From: Sandaracinaceae bacterium
GTDB taxonomy: Bacteria; Myxococcota_A; Polyangia; Polyangiales; Sandaracinaceae
Assembly: GCA_044220955.1 (NCBI GenBank)
Contig: JBGAQA010000056.1
Span: 1-43,494 of the forward strand
Reading direction: 5' to 3'
Length of the DNA stretch: 43,494 nucleotides
Below, one piece after another: positions 19,361 to 31,961 of the stretch (positions are counted from its first letter, which is position 1; the number at the start of each line of letters is the position of its first letter). The notes below the pieces were generated by a model that was not told the origin of the DNA, did no database searches, and saw only the letters and a program-made list of their open reading frames with translations. The translations under genes and the position numbers were made by a program.

Positions 19361-20821
19361 ATGACCACCCCCCAGGGACCGCAGCCCAGCAACCGACCGC
19401 CCGGAAAGCCCGGAGCGATGACGATGGCGATGCAGGCCGTGCAGGCGCGGCCGGCGGGACCCAAGGTCCTGCGCATCGGCGTGATCCAGGGCGACAAGAT
19501 GGTCGAGGAGCGGATCATCCGCTCGCGCGAGACCGTCACCGTCGGCAGCTCCGAGAAGAACCACTTCGTCATCGCCAACGCTGGCCTTCCCCCGTCGTTC
19601 GAGCTGTTCCAGCTCGTGGGAGGCGACTACATCCTCAACTTCACGCCGGAGATGCGCGGCCGTGTCGGCCTCGCCGGAGGGGTGCAGGCGCTCGATCAGC
19701 TGCGCGCCACCGGCGCTGCGCGCAATGCCGGCACCTACTGGCAGGTGAAGCTGGCGGACAGCTCGCGCGGCCGGGTCGCGGTGGGCGACACGACGCTGCT
19801 GTTCCAGTTCATCGATCCGCCGCCCGTCCAGCCGCGCCCGCAGCTGCCCGCCGCGGTCGTCGGCGGCTTCGTCGCCGGCATCGACTGGCTCTTCACCGCC
19901 TTCATCATGTTCTCGTTCATGACCCACTTCGGGTTCATCATCTTCCTGGAGAACGCGGACTGGCCCGTGCCCCCGACGCTCGCGACGATCCCGCCCGACC
20001 TGAGCGACATCATCTTCGCCGAGGAAGAGCCGCCGCCGGAAGAGACGACGCCCACGGACGACAGCTCGTCGGACGAGCCGGTCGAGGATGTCGCGCAGGC
20101 GGAGGACTCGCACGAGACGTCGGAGGACACGTCGTCCGACAGCAGCCCCGAGGCGCAGCAGGCGCGCGACTCGGACGCGCGCATGGTCGCGGAGGCGGCG
20201 GCCGCGCAGGTCGACCAGCTCCTGCTCGGCGCGCTCGGCAGCGACGGCGCTCTCCACGACGTGCTCGCCGGCGGTGCTGTCACGGGGAGCGCCGCCGACG
20301 TGCTCGCTCAGGCCGAAGGCGTAGGCGTCGCGAGCAGCAGCACGGGCGGGACGCTCCGCGACCGCTCGGGCGGCGGGACGGTCGGTGGCAGCGGCGACCT
20401 CAGCGGCCTGCGTCACGCCGCTGGCGACACGGGGGCTCGGACGGAGGGCGCGCCCGTGACCGAGGCGGCGCCCCGAGGCCGGTTCCGGACGGAGACGAGC
20501 GACGTCGAAGAGGACGGCTCGGGCGAGTTCGACCAGCAGGCCGTCGTCCGGATGATCCAGACCCGCCGCAGCGCCATCCAGGCCTGCTACGAGCGCGAGC
20601 TCCGCGCGACGCCGACGCTCTCGGGCCGCATCGCGGTGCAGCTGACCATCCAGGAGTCCGGCTCGGTGAGCGGGGTGCACGTCACCGACAACACGATGGC
20701 CGGCGGTGATGCGGTCGGCTCGTGCGTCGTGCGTGTCATCCAGGGCTTCCGCTTCAACCCCGGTCCCGAGGGCGGCAGCGTGAGCTACACGTTCCCGTTC
20801 GTCTTCGAGCCGCAGAACTGA
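19361..20821 (+). CDS. GltG/PglI-like TonB/TolA-family energy transducer
   Basis: N-terminal beta/FHA-like domain, single TM with S-x3-H (FSFMTH), acidic and Gly-rich linker, C-terminal IQACYEREL..PTLSG...CV.......F.F....G.VSYTFPFVF domain. Confidence 0.85.
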   Translation: MTTPQGPQPSNRPPGKPGAMTMAMQAVQARPAGPKVLRIGVIQGDKMVEERIIRSRETVTVGSSEKNHFVIANAGLPPSFELFQLVGGDYILNFTPEMRGRVGLAGGVQALDQLRATGAARNAGTYWQVKLADSSRGRVAVGDTTLLFQFIDPPPVQPRPQLPAAVVGGFVAGIDWLFTAFIMFSFMTHFGFIIFLENADWPVPPTLATIPPDLSDIIFAEEEPPPEETTPTDDSSSDEPVEDVAQAEDSHETSEDTSSDSSPEAQQARDSDARMVAEAAAAQVDQLLLGALGSDGALHDVLAGGAVTGSAADVLAQAEGVGVASSSTGGTLRDRSGGGTVGGSGDLSGLRHAAGDTGARTEGAPVTEAAPRGRFRTETSDVEEDGSGEFDQQAVVRMIQTRRSAIQACYERELRATPTLSGRIAVQLTIQESGSVSGVHVTDNTMAGGDAVGSCVVRVIQGFRFNPGPEGGSVSYTFPFVFEPQN

Positions 20822-20824
20822 ACG

Positions 20825-20852
20825 CGGCCCCCGTCGGTCGACCGAGGGGCCG
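20825..20852 (+). terminator. GC-rich hairpin just after the gltG-like stop
   Basis: CGGCCCC-cg-TCGG-tcga-CCGA-GGGGCCG; no U-tract. Confidence 0.4.
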
Positions 20853-20958
20853 GGCGCGTGAATGGGCACCCCGACCTGCGCAACCAGTGGGTGTGATGGT
20901 GTGCGAAGCCGAGGGTGCGCGTGGCGGAGGGCCGCGTGAACACGCCACAAACGGGTCG

Positions 20959-20986
20959 TTGACACCCCGAAGTGCGCCGATATACT
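20959..20986 (+). promoter_or_regulatory. Near-consensus sigma70 promoter for the beta-barrel gene
   Basis: TTGACA (20959-20964), 16 bp, TATACT (20981-20986). Confidence 0.7.
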
Positions 20987-21086
20987 CGCGGCGGAACTTG
21001 GGCGAGGGCTACCGAGGGAGCGTGCTTTCGGCTTGCTCCAACGTCAGCGAACTTGTCTGCGTCGTGGTTGGGCGAAGCCGGGAAGA

Positions 21087-22565
21087 GTGCTCGTGTCGAG
21101 ACGACTAGTCAGGAAACACTTCGCTTCCTTGCGGACGGCGGCGCTGCTCGTGCTCTGCATGGCCTGTGTCGGCTCGGCGGGTACGGCGCTGGCGCAGACG
21201 CCGGCGGCCCCTGGGAGCACCGGCGGGGCGAGCACGTCGGGTGGCGGATGGCTGGCGGACCGCGACTCGACGCAGGGGCCTGGATTCCGCGTCGGCGACT
21301 TCGAGCTGCACCCTGGCCTCGGCGTCGAGGTCGGCTGGGACTCGAACGTCTATTACACCGACGACAACCCGTGCAACGGCGCGACGCCGTGCAACTGGCA
21401 TCGAGTGGACAGCGGGATCCTGCGCGTGACGCCGCACCTCACGTTCAGCACGCTGGCCGGTGAGCGCGCGTCCGGCGGCGGCGAGGGCTCCTCGTCGTCC
21501 GCGCCGCCGACCGTCACCTTCCAGGGCGGTCTGTCGGCCGCGTACTACGAGTTCTTCGCCGACCCGAACCGCCGCAACCTCGCGCTGGATCTGGGGATGC
21601 GGCTCACGATCCTGCCGCAGCGCCCGTTCGGGTTCGCGGTCTATGACACGTTCTCCCGGCAAATCCGGCCTTTCGTCGAGAACGTGAACGCCGCGACGGG
21701 CATGGGCCGCGACATGAACAACGCCGGCCTCCAGCTGAACTTCCAGACCGACGGCGGCGTGCTCCAGGTCTCGGCCGGTTACGACTTCGGGCTCGCGTTC
21801 TACGAGGACACGGCGTTCCAGTACGCCAGCTCGTTCATCCACACGATGTCGCTGCAGGAGACGTTCCGTTTCCTGCCCCAGACGGCCCTCATCCAGGACA
21901 ACCAGGTCCGCTACACCGACTACTTCAACGGGCGCTCCACGTCGCTGCCCGTGCGCCTCGGCAACAGCTGGCAGATCCGCAGCCGCGTCGGCCTCAACGG
22001 TGCGATCAGCAACGAGGTGTCGCTCGCAGGCCTCGTCGGCTACGGGGCGGGCTTCTTCGAGACCCCAGGCGCGGCGACGTACGTCCAGAACTACGACGGC
22101 CTGGTGGCGCAGCTCAACCTCGGCTGGACCATCGCGAACGGCGTGCGCTTGTCGCTCGGCTACGACCGCTCGTATCAGACCGCGCAGCTCGGCAACTACA
22201 ACAGCAGCGACCGCGGTTCGCTCGCGCTGACGTCGGTGTTCGGCGGCGTGTTCCTGCTCAACGTCAGCGGCGACGTCGCCTACGTCGACTACGGCGTGAT
22301 CGCGCCCGCCATCGGCCCCGGTGGCGTGGCGATGCCCGTCGGCGACCGGCCCAGCCGCGAGGACATCCGCGTGAACGCCGGCATCTTCGCCGAGTACCGC
22401 TTCACGGACTGGCTCGGCATCAACACGACCCTGCACTACCAGGGTGACTTCACCGACTACCGCTACAACCTCACGGTCGCGACCGCCACGGGCACGGCGG
22501 TGGTGCTCGACCCCGCCGGCTACAACAAGTTCGAAGCGTTCCTCGGGGTTCGCGTCTTCTACTGA
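21087..22565 (+). CDS. Outer-membrane beta-barrel protein
   Basis: Signal peptide (ALA/QT), amphipathic aromatic-rich strands, early GWDSNVYY motif, C-terminal FLGVRVFY BAM-type signal. Start GTG 21087 (or 21093) is inferred. Confidence 0.85.
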   Translation: MLVSRRLVRKHFASLRTAALLVLCMACVGSAGTALAQTPAAPGSTGGASTSGGGWLADRDSTQGPGFRVGDFELHPGLGVEVGWDSNVYYTDDNPCNGATPCNWHRVDSGILRVTPHLTFSTLAGERASGGGEGSSSSAPPTVTFQGGLSAAYYEFFADPNRRNLALDLGMRLTILPQRPFGFAVYDTFSRQIRPFVENVNAATGMGRDMNNAGLQLNFQTDGGVLQVSAGYDFGLAFYEDTAFQYASSFIHTMSLQETFRFLPQTALIQDNQVRYTDYFNGRSTSLPVRLGNSWQIRSRVGLNGAISNEVSLAGLVGYGAGFFETPGAATYVQNYDGLVAQLNLGWTIANGVRLSLGYDRSYQTAQLGNYNSSDRGSLALTSVFGGVFLLNVSGDVAYVDYGVIAPAIGPGGVAMPVGDRPSREDIRVNAGIFAEYRFTDWLGINTTLHYQGDFTDYRYNLTVATATGTAVVLDPAGYNKFEAFLGVRVFY

Positions 22566-22615
22566 CGTGTCGCTCCCGCCCGGGGCGGGCACGGACGCCC
22601 CGCGCCGCGCCGGGG

Positions 22616-23902
22616 TCAGACGAACACGGACGACCGAACGATGGTCTGCGCGCGGTCTGCGCCGACCGAGGCGATCGCGACGCTGCACTCGGTGAGGTCC
22701 TCGACGCGCGCGATGAAGGCCTGCGCCGTGCGGGGCAGCTCCTCGTAGGCGCGGCAGCCGGTGAGGTCGCCGCTCCAGCCGGGCAGCTCCTCGTAGACTG
22801 GCACGACGCGCTCGAGCCCGCTCGCAGGCGGCCGCTCGAGGCGGCGGCCGTCCAGCTCGTAGGCGACGACGAGCCGGATCGGGTCCCAGCCGCTGAGCAC
22901 GTCCAGCTTGGTCATCGCGAGGGACGTGATCCCGTTGAAGCGGACCGCGTGACGCAGGACGGGGACGTCGAGCCAGCCGCAGCGGCGCGGGCGACCGGTG
23001 ACCGCGCCGAATTCGCCGCCGGCCTTGCGCAGGCGCTCCGCTTCGGCCTCGGGCATCTCGCTGGGGAACGGGCCGCCGCCCACGCGCGTCGTGTAGGCCT
23101 TGGTGATACCCACCACGCGATCGATGTGCGTCGGCGCCAGACCCGCGCCGCTCGCGGCGCCGCCGGAGAGCACCGTCGAGCTCGTCACGTGTGGATAGGT
23201 GCCGTGATCGACGTCGAGCATCGTCCCTTGTGCCCCTTCGAGCAGAACGTGGGCGCCGCGTCGCCGCGCGTCGTGCATCACGTCCGAGGCGTCCCGGATC
23301 AGCGGGGCGAGTCGCGTGGCCTGCGCGCGCAGCGCGGTGAGGGTCTCCGCGACGTCGAGGGGCTCCCCACCGAGCGCGCGCAGCGTGGGCGTCCAGGGCT
23401 CCATGGCGCCGCGCACCTTCGCCTCGAGGTCGTCGGGCGAGAGCAGGTCGATCGCTCGCACGCCGCGCCGCGCGACCTTGTCCTCGTACGCAGGACCGAT
23501 GCCGCGCTTGGTCGTCCCGATGGCAGCCGTCCCGGCCTCGCGGAGACGATCCACGAGCATGTGATGCGGCAGGACGAGGTGTGCGCGGTCGGAGACGACG
23601 ACGCGAGAGAACGTGTCGTCGAGCGCGCCGCGGGCGCGGAGCGTGTCGAGCTCCTCGAGCAGCACGGCGGGGTCGATGACCATCCCCGGACCCAGGACGC
23701 AGATCGGCCGCGAGTGCAGCACGCCCGAGGGGACGAGCCGGATGACCGTCTTCTGGCCGCCGACGACGAGCGTGTGGCCGGCGTTCGCGCCTCCGCCGTA
23801 GCGCGCGACGACGTCCGCGTCCGCCGTCAGCAGATCGACGATCTTACCCTTGCCCTCGTCGCCCCACTGCGCACCGACGACCACCACGATGGACATGCTC
23901 AC
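22616..23902 (-). CDS. purA: Adenylosuccinate synthetase
   Basis: GAQWGDEGKGK, GGANAGHT, IGTTKRGIGPAY, EGAQG, GTYPHVTSS, KAYTTRVG, TGRPRRCGWLD. Confidence 0.97.
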   Translation of the reverse strand: MSMSIVVVVGAQWGDEGKGKIVDLLTADADVVARYGGGANAGHTLVVGGQKTVIRLVPSGVLHSRPICVLGPGMVIDPAVLLEELDTLRARGALDDTFSRVVVSDRAHLVLPHHMLVDRLREAGTAAIGTTKRGIGPAYEDKVARRGVRAIDLLSPDDLEAKVRGAMEPWTPTLRALGGEPLDVAETLTALRAQATRLAPLIRDASDVMHDARRRGAHVLLEGAQGTMLDVDHGTYPHVTSSTVLSGGAASGAGLAPTHIDRVVGITKAYTTRVGGGPFPSEMPEAEAERLRKAGGEFGAVTGRPRRCGWLDVPVLRHAVRFNGITSLAMTKLDVLSGWDPIRLVVAYELDGRRLERPPASGLERVVPVYEELPGWSGDLTGCRAYEELPRTAQAFIARVEDLTECSVAIASVGADRAQTIVRSSVFV

Positions 23903-25221
23903 TTCTCCCTACGCGAGGAACCGGGACGTGGGCGCCCGCCGACGGCGAGCACACGGGGCAGGGCGCTCAGCGCGACACGCTCGCCCGCGACTTCGGCGTG
24001 CTCGCCGCGCACGACGACCACGCGCGCATGTTCCCACGCTTCGGCATAGCGCCGTGCCTCTTCCGCACTCGCCCCCGGCAGCGCGATGGTCGCCACGCCC
24101 GCCGCGCGCACGGCCGCGCACAGGGCCGGCGTGCTGTCTCCGGCGAGCACCACGCCGTGACGTGCGGGCTCTCGGGGGGCCGACGGGCCCAGGGCCCACT
24201 CGAGGTGGTCGAGGTCGATGGCGACGCCGGTCGCGGGCATCGCGAGCCCGAAGCGCCCGAGCAGGTCGTCGTAGCGCCCGCCGACGGCGACGGGCTCGCC
24301 CGGGCCTTCGGCCAGGATCGCGAAGCTCGTACCGGTGTAGTAGCCGAACCCGCGCGGCTCGCCCAGATCGAAGCCGATCGCCACACCGAGCCCGAGCGCG
24401 TCGAGGGCACGATGGATGTCGCCGAGCTGCTCGATCCGCCGTCGCGACGCGCGATCTCCGAACACGCGACGCGCGCGGTCGAGCACCTCGGCGTCGCCGA
24501 CGAGATCGAGCGCCGCGAGCAGGCCGCGCGCCACGGACGCCGGCGAGCTCGCGAGCAGGCGGGTGAGGTCGGCGCGGTCTTTGCGCGCGAGGGCTTGGCG
24601 CGCCTCGGTGCGGAGCGGAGGTGGCAATCGGTCGAGCAAGCCGCCCGCGAGCGTGGTCAGGTTGAGCTCGACCCGGTGCCGCGCGAGGCCGGCGTGCGCG
24701 AGCGCGCGGGAGGCGAGCTCGATGATCTCGACGTCGGCGTAGGCCTCGGCGGCGCCGATGCACTCGACGCCCGCCTGGGCGATCTGGCGCTGCGTGCGCG
24801 CACGTCCGCGCCGACGCCAGACCACGTGGTCCTCGTACGACAGGCGCAGGGGTCGCGGGCGATCTCCGAGGCGGCTCGCCACCAGGCGGGCGATCTGGGG
24901 CGTGATGTCGGGCCGCAACATCACGACCTCGCCGCTCTCGGCATCGACGAAGCGGAGGAGCTCGCGGCCGTCGATCTCGTCGATCGCGCGCGCGAGCCCC
25001 GACTCCAGCTCGAACGGCGGGGTCGCGACGGGGGCGTATCCGAACGACGCGAAGACGTCGGCGAGCGCACGACCGAGCGCCCGGCGGCGCGCTGCCTCCG
25101 GTGGCACGAGGTCGCGCATGCCGACCGGAGGCACGAGCGGACCACGCGCGTCGAGCCGGCCAGCGGCGCCGCGGGCTGCCGGGCCGCTCGCTCTCGCTGG
25201 ACTTGCACGGACGGCTCGCAC
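23899..25221 (-). CDS. hisZ: ATP phosphoribosyltransferase regulatory subunit
   Basis: PVGMRD, LRPDITPQIAR, QAGVECIG, GYYTG, GGRYDDLL (HisRS-like fold); adjacency to purA is a common arrangement. Exact start uncertain. Confidence 0.88.
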   Translation of the reverse strand: MRAVRASPARASGPAARGAAGRLDARGPLVPPVGMRDLVPPEAARRRALGRALADVFASFGYAPVATPPFELESGLARAIDEIDGRELLRFVDAESGEVVMLRPDITPQIARLVASRLGDRPRPLRLSYEDHVVWRRRGRARTQRQIAQAGVECIGAAEAYADVEIIELASRALAHAGLARHRVELNLTTLAGGLLDRLPPPLRTEARQALARKDRADLTRLLASSPASVARGLLAALDLVGDAEVLDRARRVFGDRASRRRIEQLGDIHRALDALGLGVAIGFDLGEPRGFGYYTGTSFAILAEGPGEPVAVGGRYDDLLGRFGLAMPATGVAIDLDHLEWALGPSAPREPARHGVVLAGDSTPALCAAVRAAGVATIALPGASAEEARRYAEAWEHARVVVVRGEHAEVAGERVALSALPRVLAVGGRPRPGSSRREK

Positions 25222-25254
25222 GGGCCAGCGCGGTACCAGTCGCGTGGATCGGCG

Positions 25255-27231
25255 TCAAGCGCCGGGCAACACCCAGCGGATGGCGCCGATTCCGAGCATG
25301 AGCGTCGCGTCGCGGACCGCGCGCGCCTCGTCGCGTCCGCGGTCGTCGAGGATGTGCGCCAGCGGCGTCGGGCGCAGCGCGCGGTCGAGAGCCCGACGCA
25401 TGCCCGGCGGCAACGGCGCGCTCGCGAGGCCGCGCGGCGCCGGGCGCGTGGTCTCGACCAGCTCGGCCATCCGTCCGGCGACGCGCTCACGGTCGATTCC
25501 GGCCGCGACGCGTCGCGCGACGCCGTCGAGGAGGATGCGCCACGCGTCGAGCCCGAGCGGAAACCCGCTCGGCGGGCGCGCCAGTCCCCGGTAGAACGTC
25601 GCTCGTCCCGACGTCCACAGGAACAGGTCGAGCAGCTTCTCCTCCACCTGGCTCGCGATCTGTCGGAAGAGGGTGACCGGCTCGACGAGCCCGAGAGCGG
25701 TCAGCGTGTCGCCGAGCCGTCCGTCGAAGCGCGGCATCACGGCGAGCGCCATGTCGAGCTCACCGCGCGAGATCACCGCACGCGCCACGAGGAACTCGCC
25801 GAGCAGCTCGCTCGCGAGGTTCGAGGACACGAATTCGGGCACGCCGCTCTCCAGGTAGACTTCTTTCCTCACGCCGGCCTGCTCGCAGAGCAAGAGACCG
25901 GTCTCGCGCTCCAGCGTGAGCTGCGCGAAGATCGGCAGGACTCCGCGCGGCAGCGCCAGGTCGGACTCGTGGTCGGGCGCGGCGGGGGAGGTGCGATCGG
26001 CGGTGCGCTCGCTGAGGCTGGAGGCCGGAACGTGCCGGGCGAGATCGGCGTGCGTGGCGAGCGGCTGCAGGGGGCTGCCCACGAGGCCGACCCGGTCGTC
26101 GGGACCGACCTGTCGCGTGGCGACCGCCTCCACCAGGCGTGCGTACGAGAGCGGTCCGAGCGCCTCGCCCGTGGCGGTCTGCACCACGTACTCGAGGACG
26201 GGCGTCTCGGAGGTGGCCTGCGAGCGCGGGATCGACTCCCTCACCGCGGCCATCTGTCCGGAGGGCACGCGATCGATGCTCGCCGTGCGCACGAGGGCGG
26301 CGAGCTCCTCGCGCAGCCCCGACTCGGGCTCGGTCTCGAAGGGCGCGAGCGCGCGCGCCAGCTCCAGCGCGCTGGCGGTGCGGTCTCGCGGGCTGCGGTG
26401 CAGCGCGCGGGCGACCGCCTGTGCGAGCGCTGGCGGCAGGGTCTGGGCCGCCTCCTCGAAGGGTCGGATCTGGGCATCGCGGATGGCGAGCAAGATCGCG
26501 AGCTCCGAGCCGCCGGTGAAGAGCGGTCGCCCCATGAGCAGCTCCGCCGTCAGCACGCCCGCCGCGAAGACGTCCGCGCGCCGATCGACGCTCTGCCCCC
26601 GGACCTGCTCGGGAGAGAGGTAGCCGAGCTTGCCTTTCGTCCGGGCGGCGCCCGTCGCCTGGGGAAACGACTGCTGCAGGAGCGTCTGCGCGATCCCGAA
26701 GTCGCCGAGCTTCACCTCGCCGCTCTCCGACAGCAGCACGTTCGAGGGGCTCACGTCCCGGTGGACGACGCCGAGCGGCGTGCCGTCGGCGTCGCGAGCC
26801 TCGTGGACGGCGTGCAGCCCGAACAGGACCCTCCGCGCGACGTAGACGGCCAGGGGCACGCCGAGCGAGCGACCGCCGCGCGCGAGCCAGCGCGTCAGGC
26901 GCCAGAGGTCCACGCCAGGCACGTGCTCGAGGATCAGGTAGGGGACCCCGGCGTCCTCGCCCGATCCGATCAGGCGCACCACGTTCTCGTGATCGACCGC
27001 GAGCCCGATCCGCGCCTCCTCGTCGAACATCGCGCGCGTGCCCGGCTCGCTCGCGAGCGAGGCCAGCATGCGCTTCACGACGAGCGCGCCCTGCGCCCCC
27101 GCGCTCGCGTCTCGGGCCCGGAAGACCTCGGCCATCCCTCCGACCGCGATACGCTCGAGCAGTACCATTCCGGCGAAACGGGTGTGCGCGGGCGGCGCGT
27201 CGGGGGTCGCAGGCGGGCGCGAGATCCTCAC
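25255..27231 (-). CDS. Cytoplasmic Hanks-type Ser/Thr kinase with GYF-like and DUF4388/MshEN-like C-terminal domains
   Basis: IAVGGMAEVF, LVVKR, HRDVSPSNVLL, DFG, GKLGYLSPE; no TM seen. Start reassigned to GTG 27231 because the track's 29046 start is antisense to actA/actB. Confidence 0.88.
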   Translation of the reverse strand: MRISRPPATPDAPPAHTRFAGMVLLERIAVGGMAEVFRARDASAGAQGALVVKRMLASLASEPGTRAMFDEEARIGLAVDHENVVRLIGSGEDAGVPYLILEHVPGVDLWRLTRWLARGGRSLGVPLAVYVARRVLFGLHAVHEARDADGTPLGVVHRDVSPSNVLLSESGEVKLGDFGIAQTLLQQSFPQATGAARTKGKLGYLSPEQVRGQSVDRRADVFAAGVLTAELLMGRPLFTGGSELAILLAIRDAQIRPFEEAAQTLPPALAQAVARALHRSPRDRTASALELARALAPFETEPESGLREELAALVRTASIDRVPSGQMAAVRESIPRSQATSETPVLEYVVQTATGEALGPLSYARLVEAVATRQVGPDDRVGLVGSPLQPLATHADLARHVPASSLSERTADRTSPAAPDHESDLALPRGVLPIFAQLTLERETGLLLCEQAGVRKEVYLESGVPEFVSSNLASELLGEFLVARAVISRGELDMALAVMPRFDGRLGDTLTALGLVEPVTLFRQIASQVEEKLLDLFLWTSGRATFYRGLARPPSGFPLGLDAWRILLDGVARRVAAGIDRERVAGRMAELVETTRPAPRGLASAPLPPGMRRALDRALRPTPLAHILDDRGRDEARAVRDATLMLGIGAIRWVLPGA

Positions 27232-27282
27232 GAACGGAATGCTACACACAGTCGGTCCGGCTCTCACCGGATTCGGAGGACC

Positions 27283-27750
27283 GTGGGCTCGAATGTCCGT
27301 CGTGCGATCGGCACACTCGTCGCGATCTGCGCCGTGTCCATCGGCGGTCTCGCGTACCGGTGGCTCGAGGCCGCGTCGGCCGATCCGCGCCCCAGCGTCA
27401 TCGGGGTGCGGCTCGGGATGACGGCAGAGCAGGTCCGCGCGCGCGTCGATACGCGTGGCCCCGGGACGTGGACGACCCGCCTGCGCTCCGGCGACTGGGT
27501 GCTCGAGCACCGCACGGGCGACGAGTCGGACGAGCTCGAGCTGCACGATGGACAGCTGGTCGCAGTCCGGGTGGACGCCCCGGCGCGCGCAGATCTGCTG
27601 TCGGGCCCGGACCGCCAGGTGACGCCCGGCAGCGTCCTCGTGCGGGCGCGCGCCGGGGATCGCGTCCGAATCACCCTTCTTTCCAGGGCATGCCCGACGC
27701 ACCACGAGGAGGCGGAGCGGCTCGTCGCGGGCGGGGTGCCTGGCCCCTGA
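27283..27750 (+). CDS. Hypothetical exported or membrane-anchored protein
   Basis: GGAGGA at 27275-27280, GTG 27283, N-terminal hydrophobic segment, GVRLGMT.EQV motif; this is the 3' end of the long spurious track ORF 23998-27750. Confidence 0.6.
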   Translation: MGSNVRRAIGTLVAICAVSIGGLAYRWLEAASADPRPSVIGVRLGMTAEQVRARVDTRGPGTWTTRLRSGDWVLEHRTGDESDELELHDGQLVAVRVDAPARADLLSGPDRQVTPGSVLVRARAGDRVRITLLSRACPTHHEEAERLVAGGVPGP

Positions 27751-27776
27751 CGAGGAGCCGCCCGCGCCGGCAGGAC

Positions 27777-27822
27777 GAAAAGAAAAACGAGGGTTGAAGA
27801 TCCTGCGCGTCCCTCGTATACA
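27777..27822 (+). promoter_or_regulatory. Sigma70-type promoter with A-rich UP-like element for the act-cox operon
   Basis: GAAAAGAAAAAC, then TTGAAG (27794-27799), 17 bp, TATACA (27817-27822). Confidence 0.55.
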
Positions 27823-27978
27823 GGCGCCGCCTCGATGGCCCTCACGCGGGTCACCCTCGTGGCGCCCGGTGGTTCCGGACGCTGCCATGGGCCCGCCGGC
27901 ACTCCCCGCTCCATCACGGGGGAGTGTCTTCACCGAGCACAGCCTCTTCGGATGGGGCTCGGTTCCGAGACTGCCCGC

Positions 27979-31960
<3,982 letters not shown>

Positions 31961-31961
<1 letters not shown>

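Noticed and set aside
20853..20958. Possible riboswitch or sRNA between the gltG-like and barrel genes
   Set aside because: No recognisable aptamer consensus by eye, and the segment lies upstream of the predicted promoter; an Rfam scan would be needed.
22566..22615. Terminator between the converging barrel and purA genes
   Set aside because: Only a 6-bp stem (CCCGCC/GGCGGG) with no U-tract, which is likely by chance at this GC content.
23998..27282. 5' part of the 1250-aa plus-strand ORF
   Set aside because: Antisense to hisZ and the kinase; only 27283-27750 has an SD-like sequence and protein-like composition.
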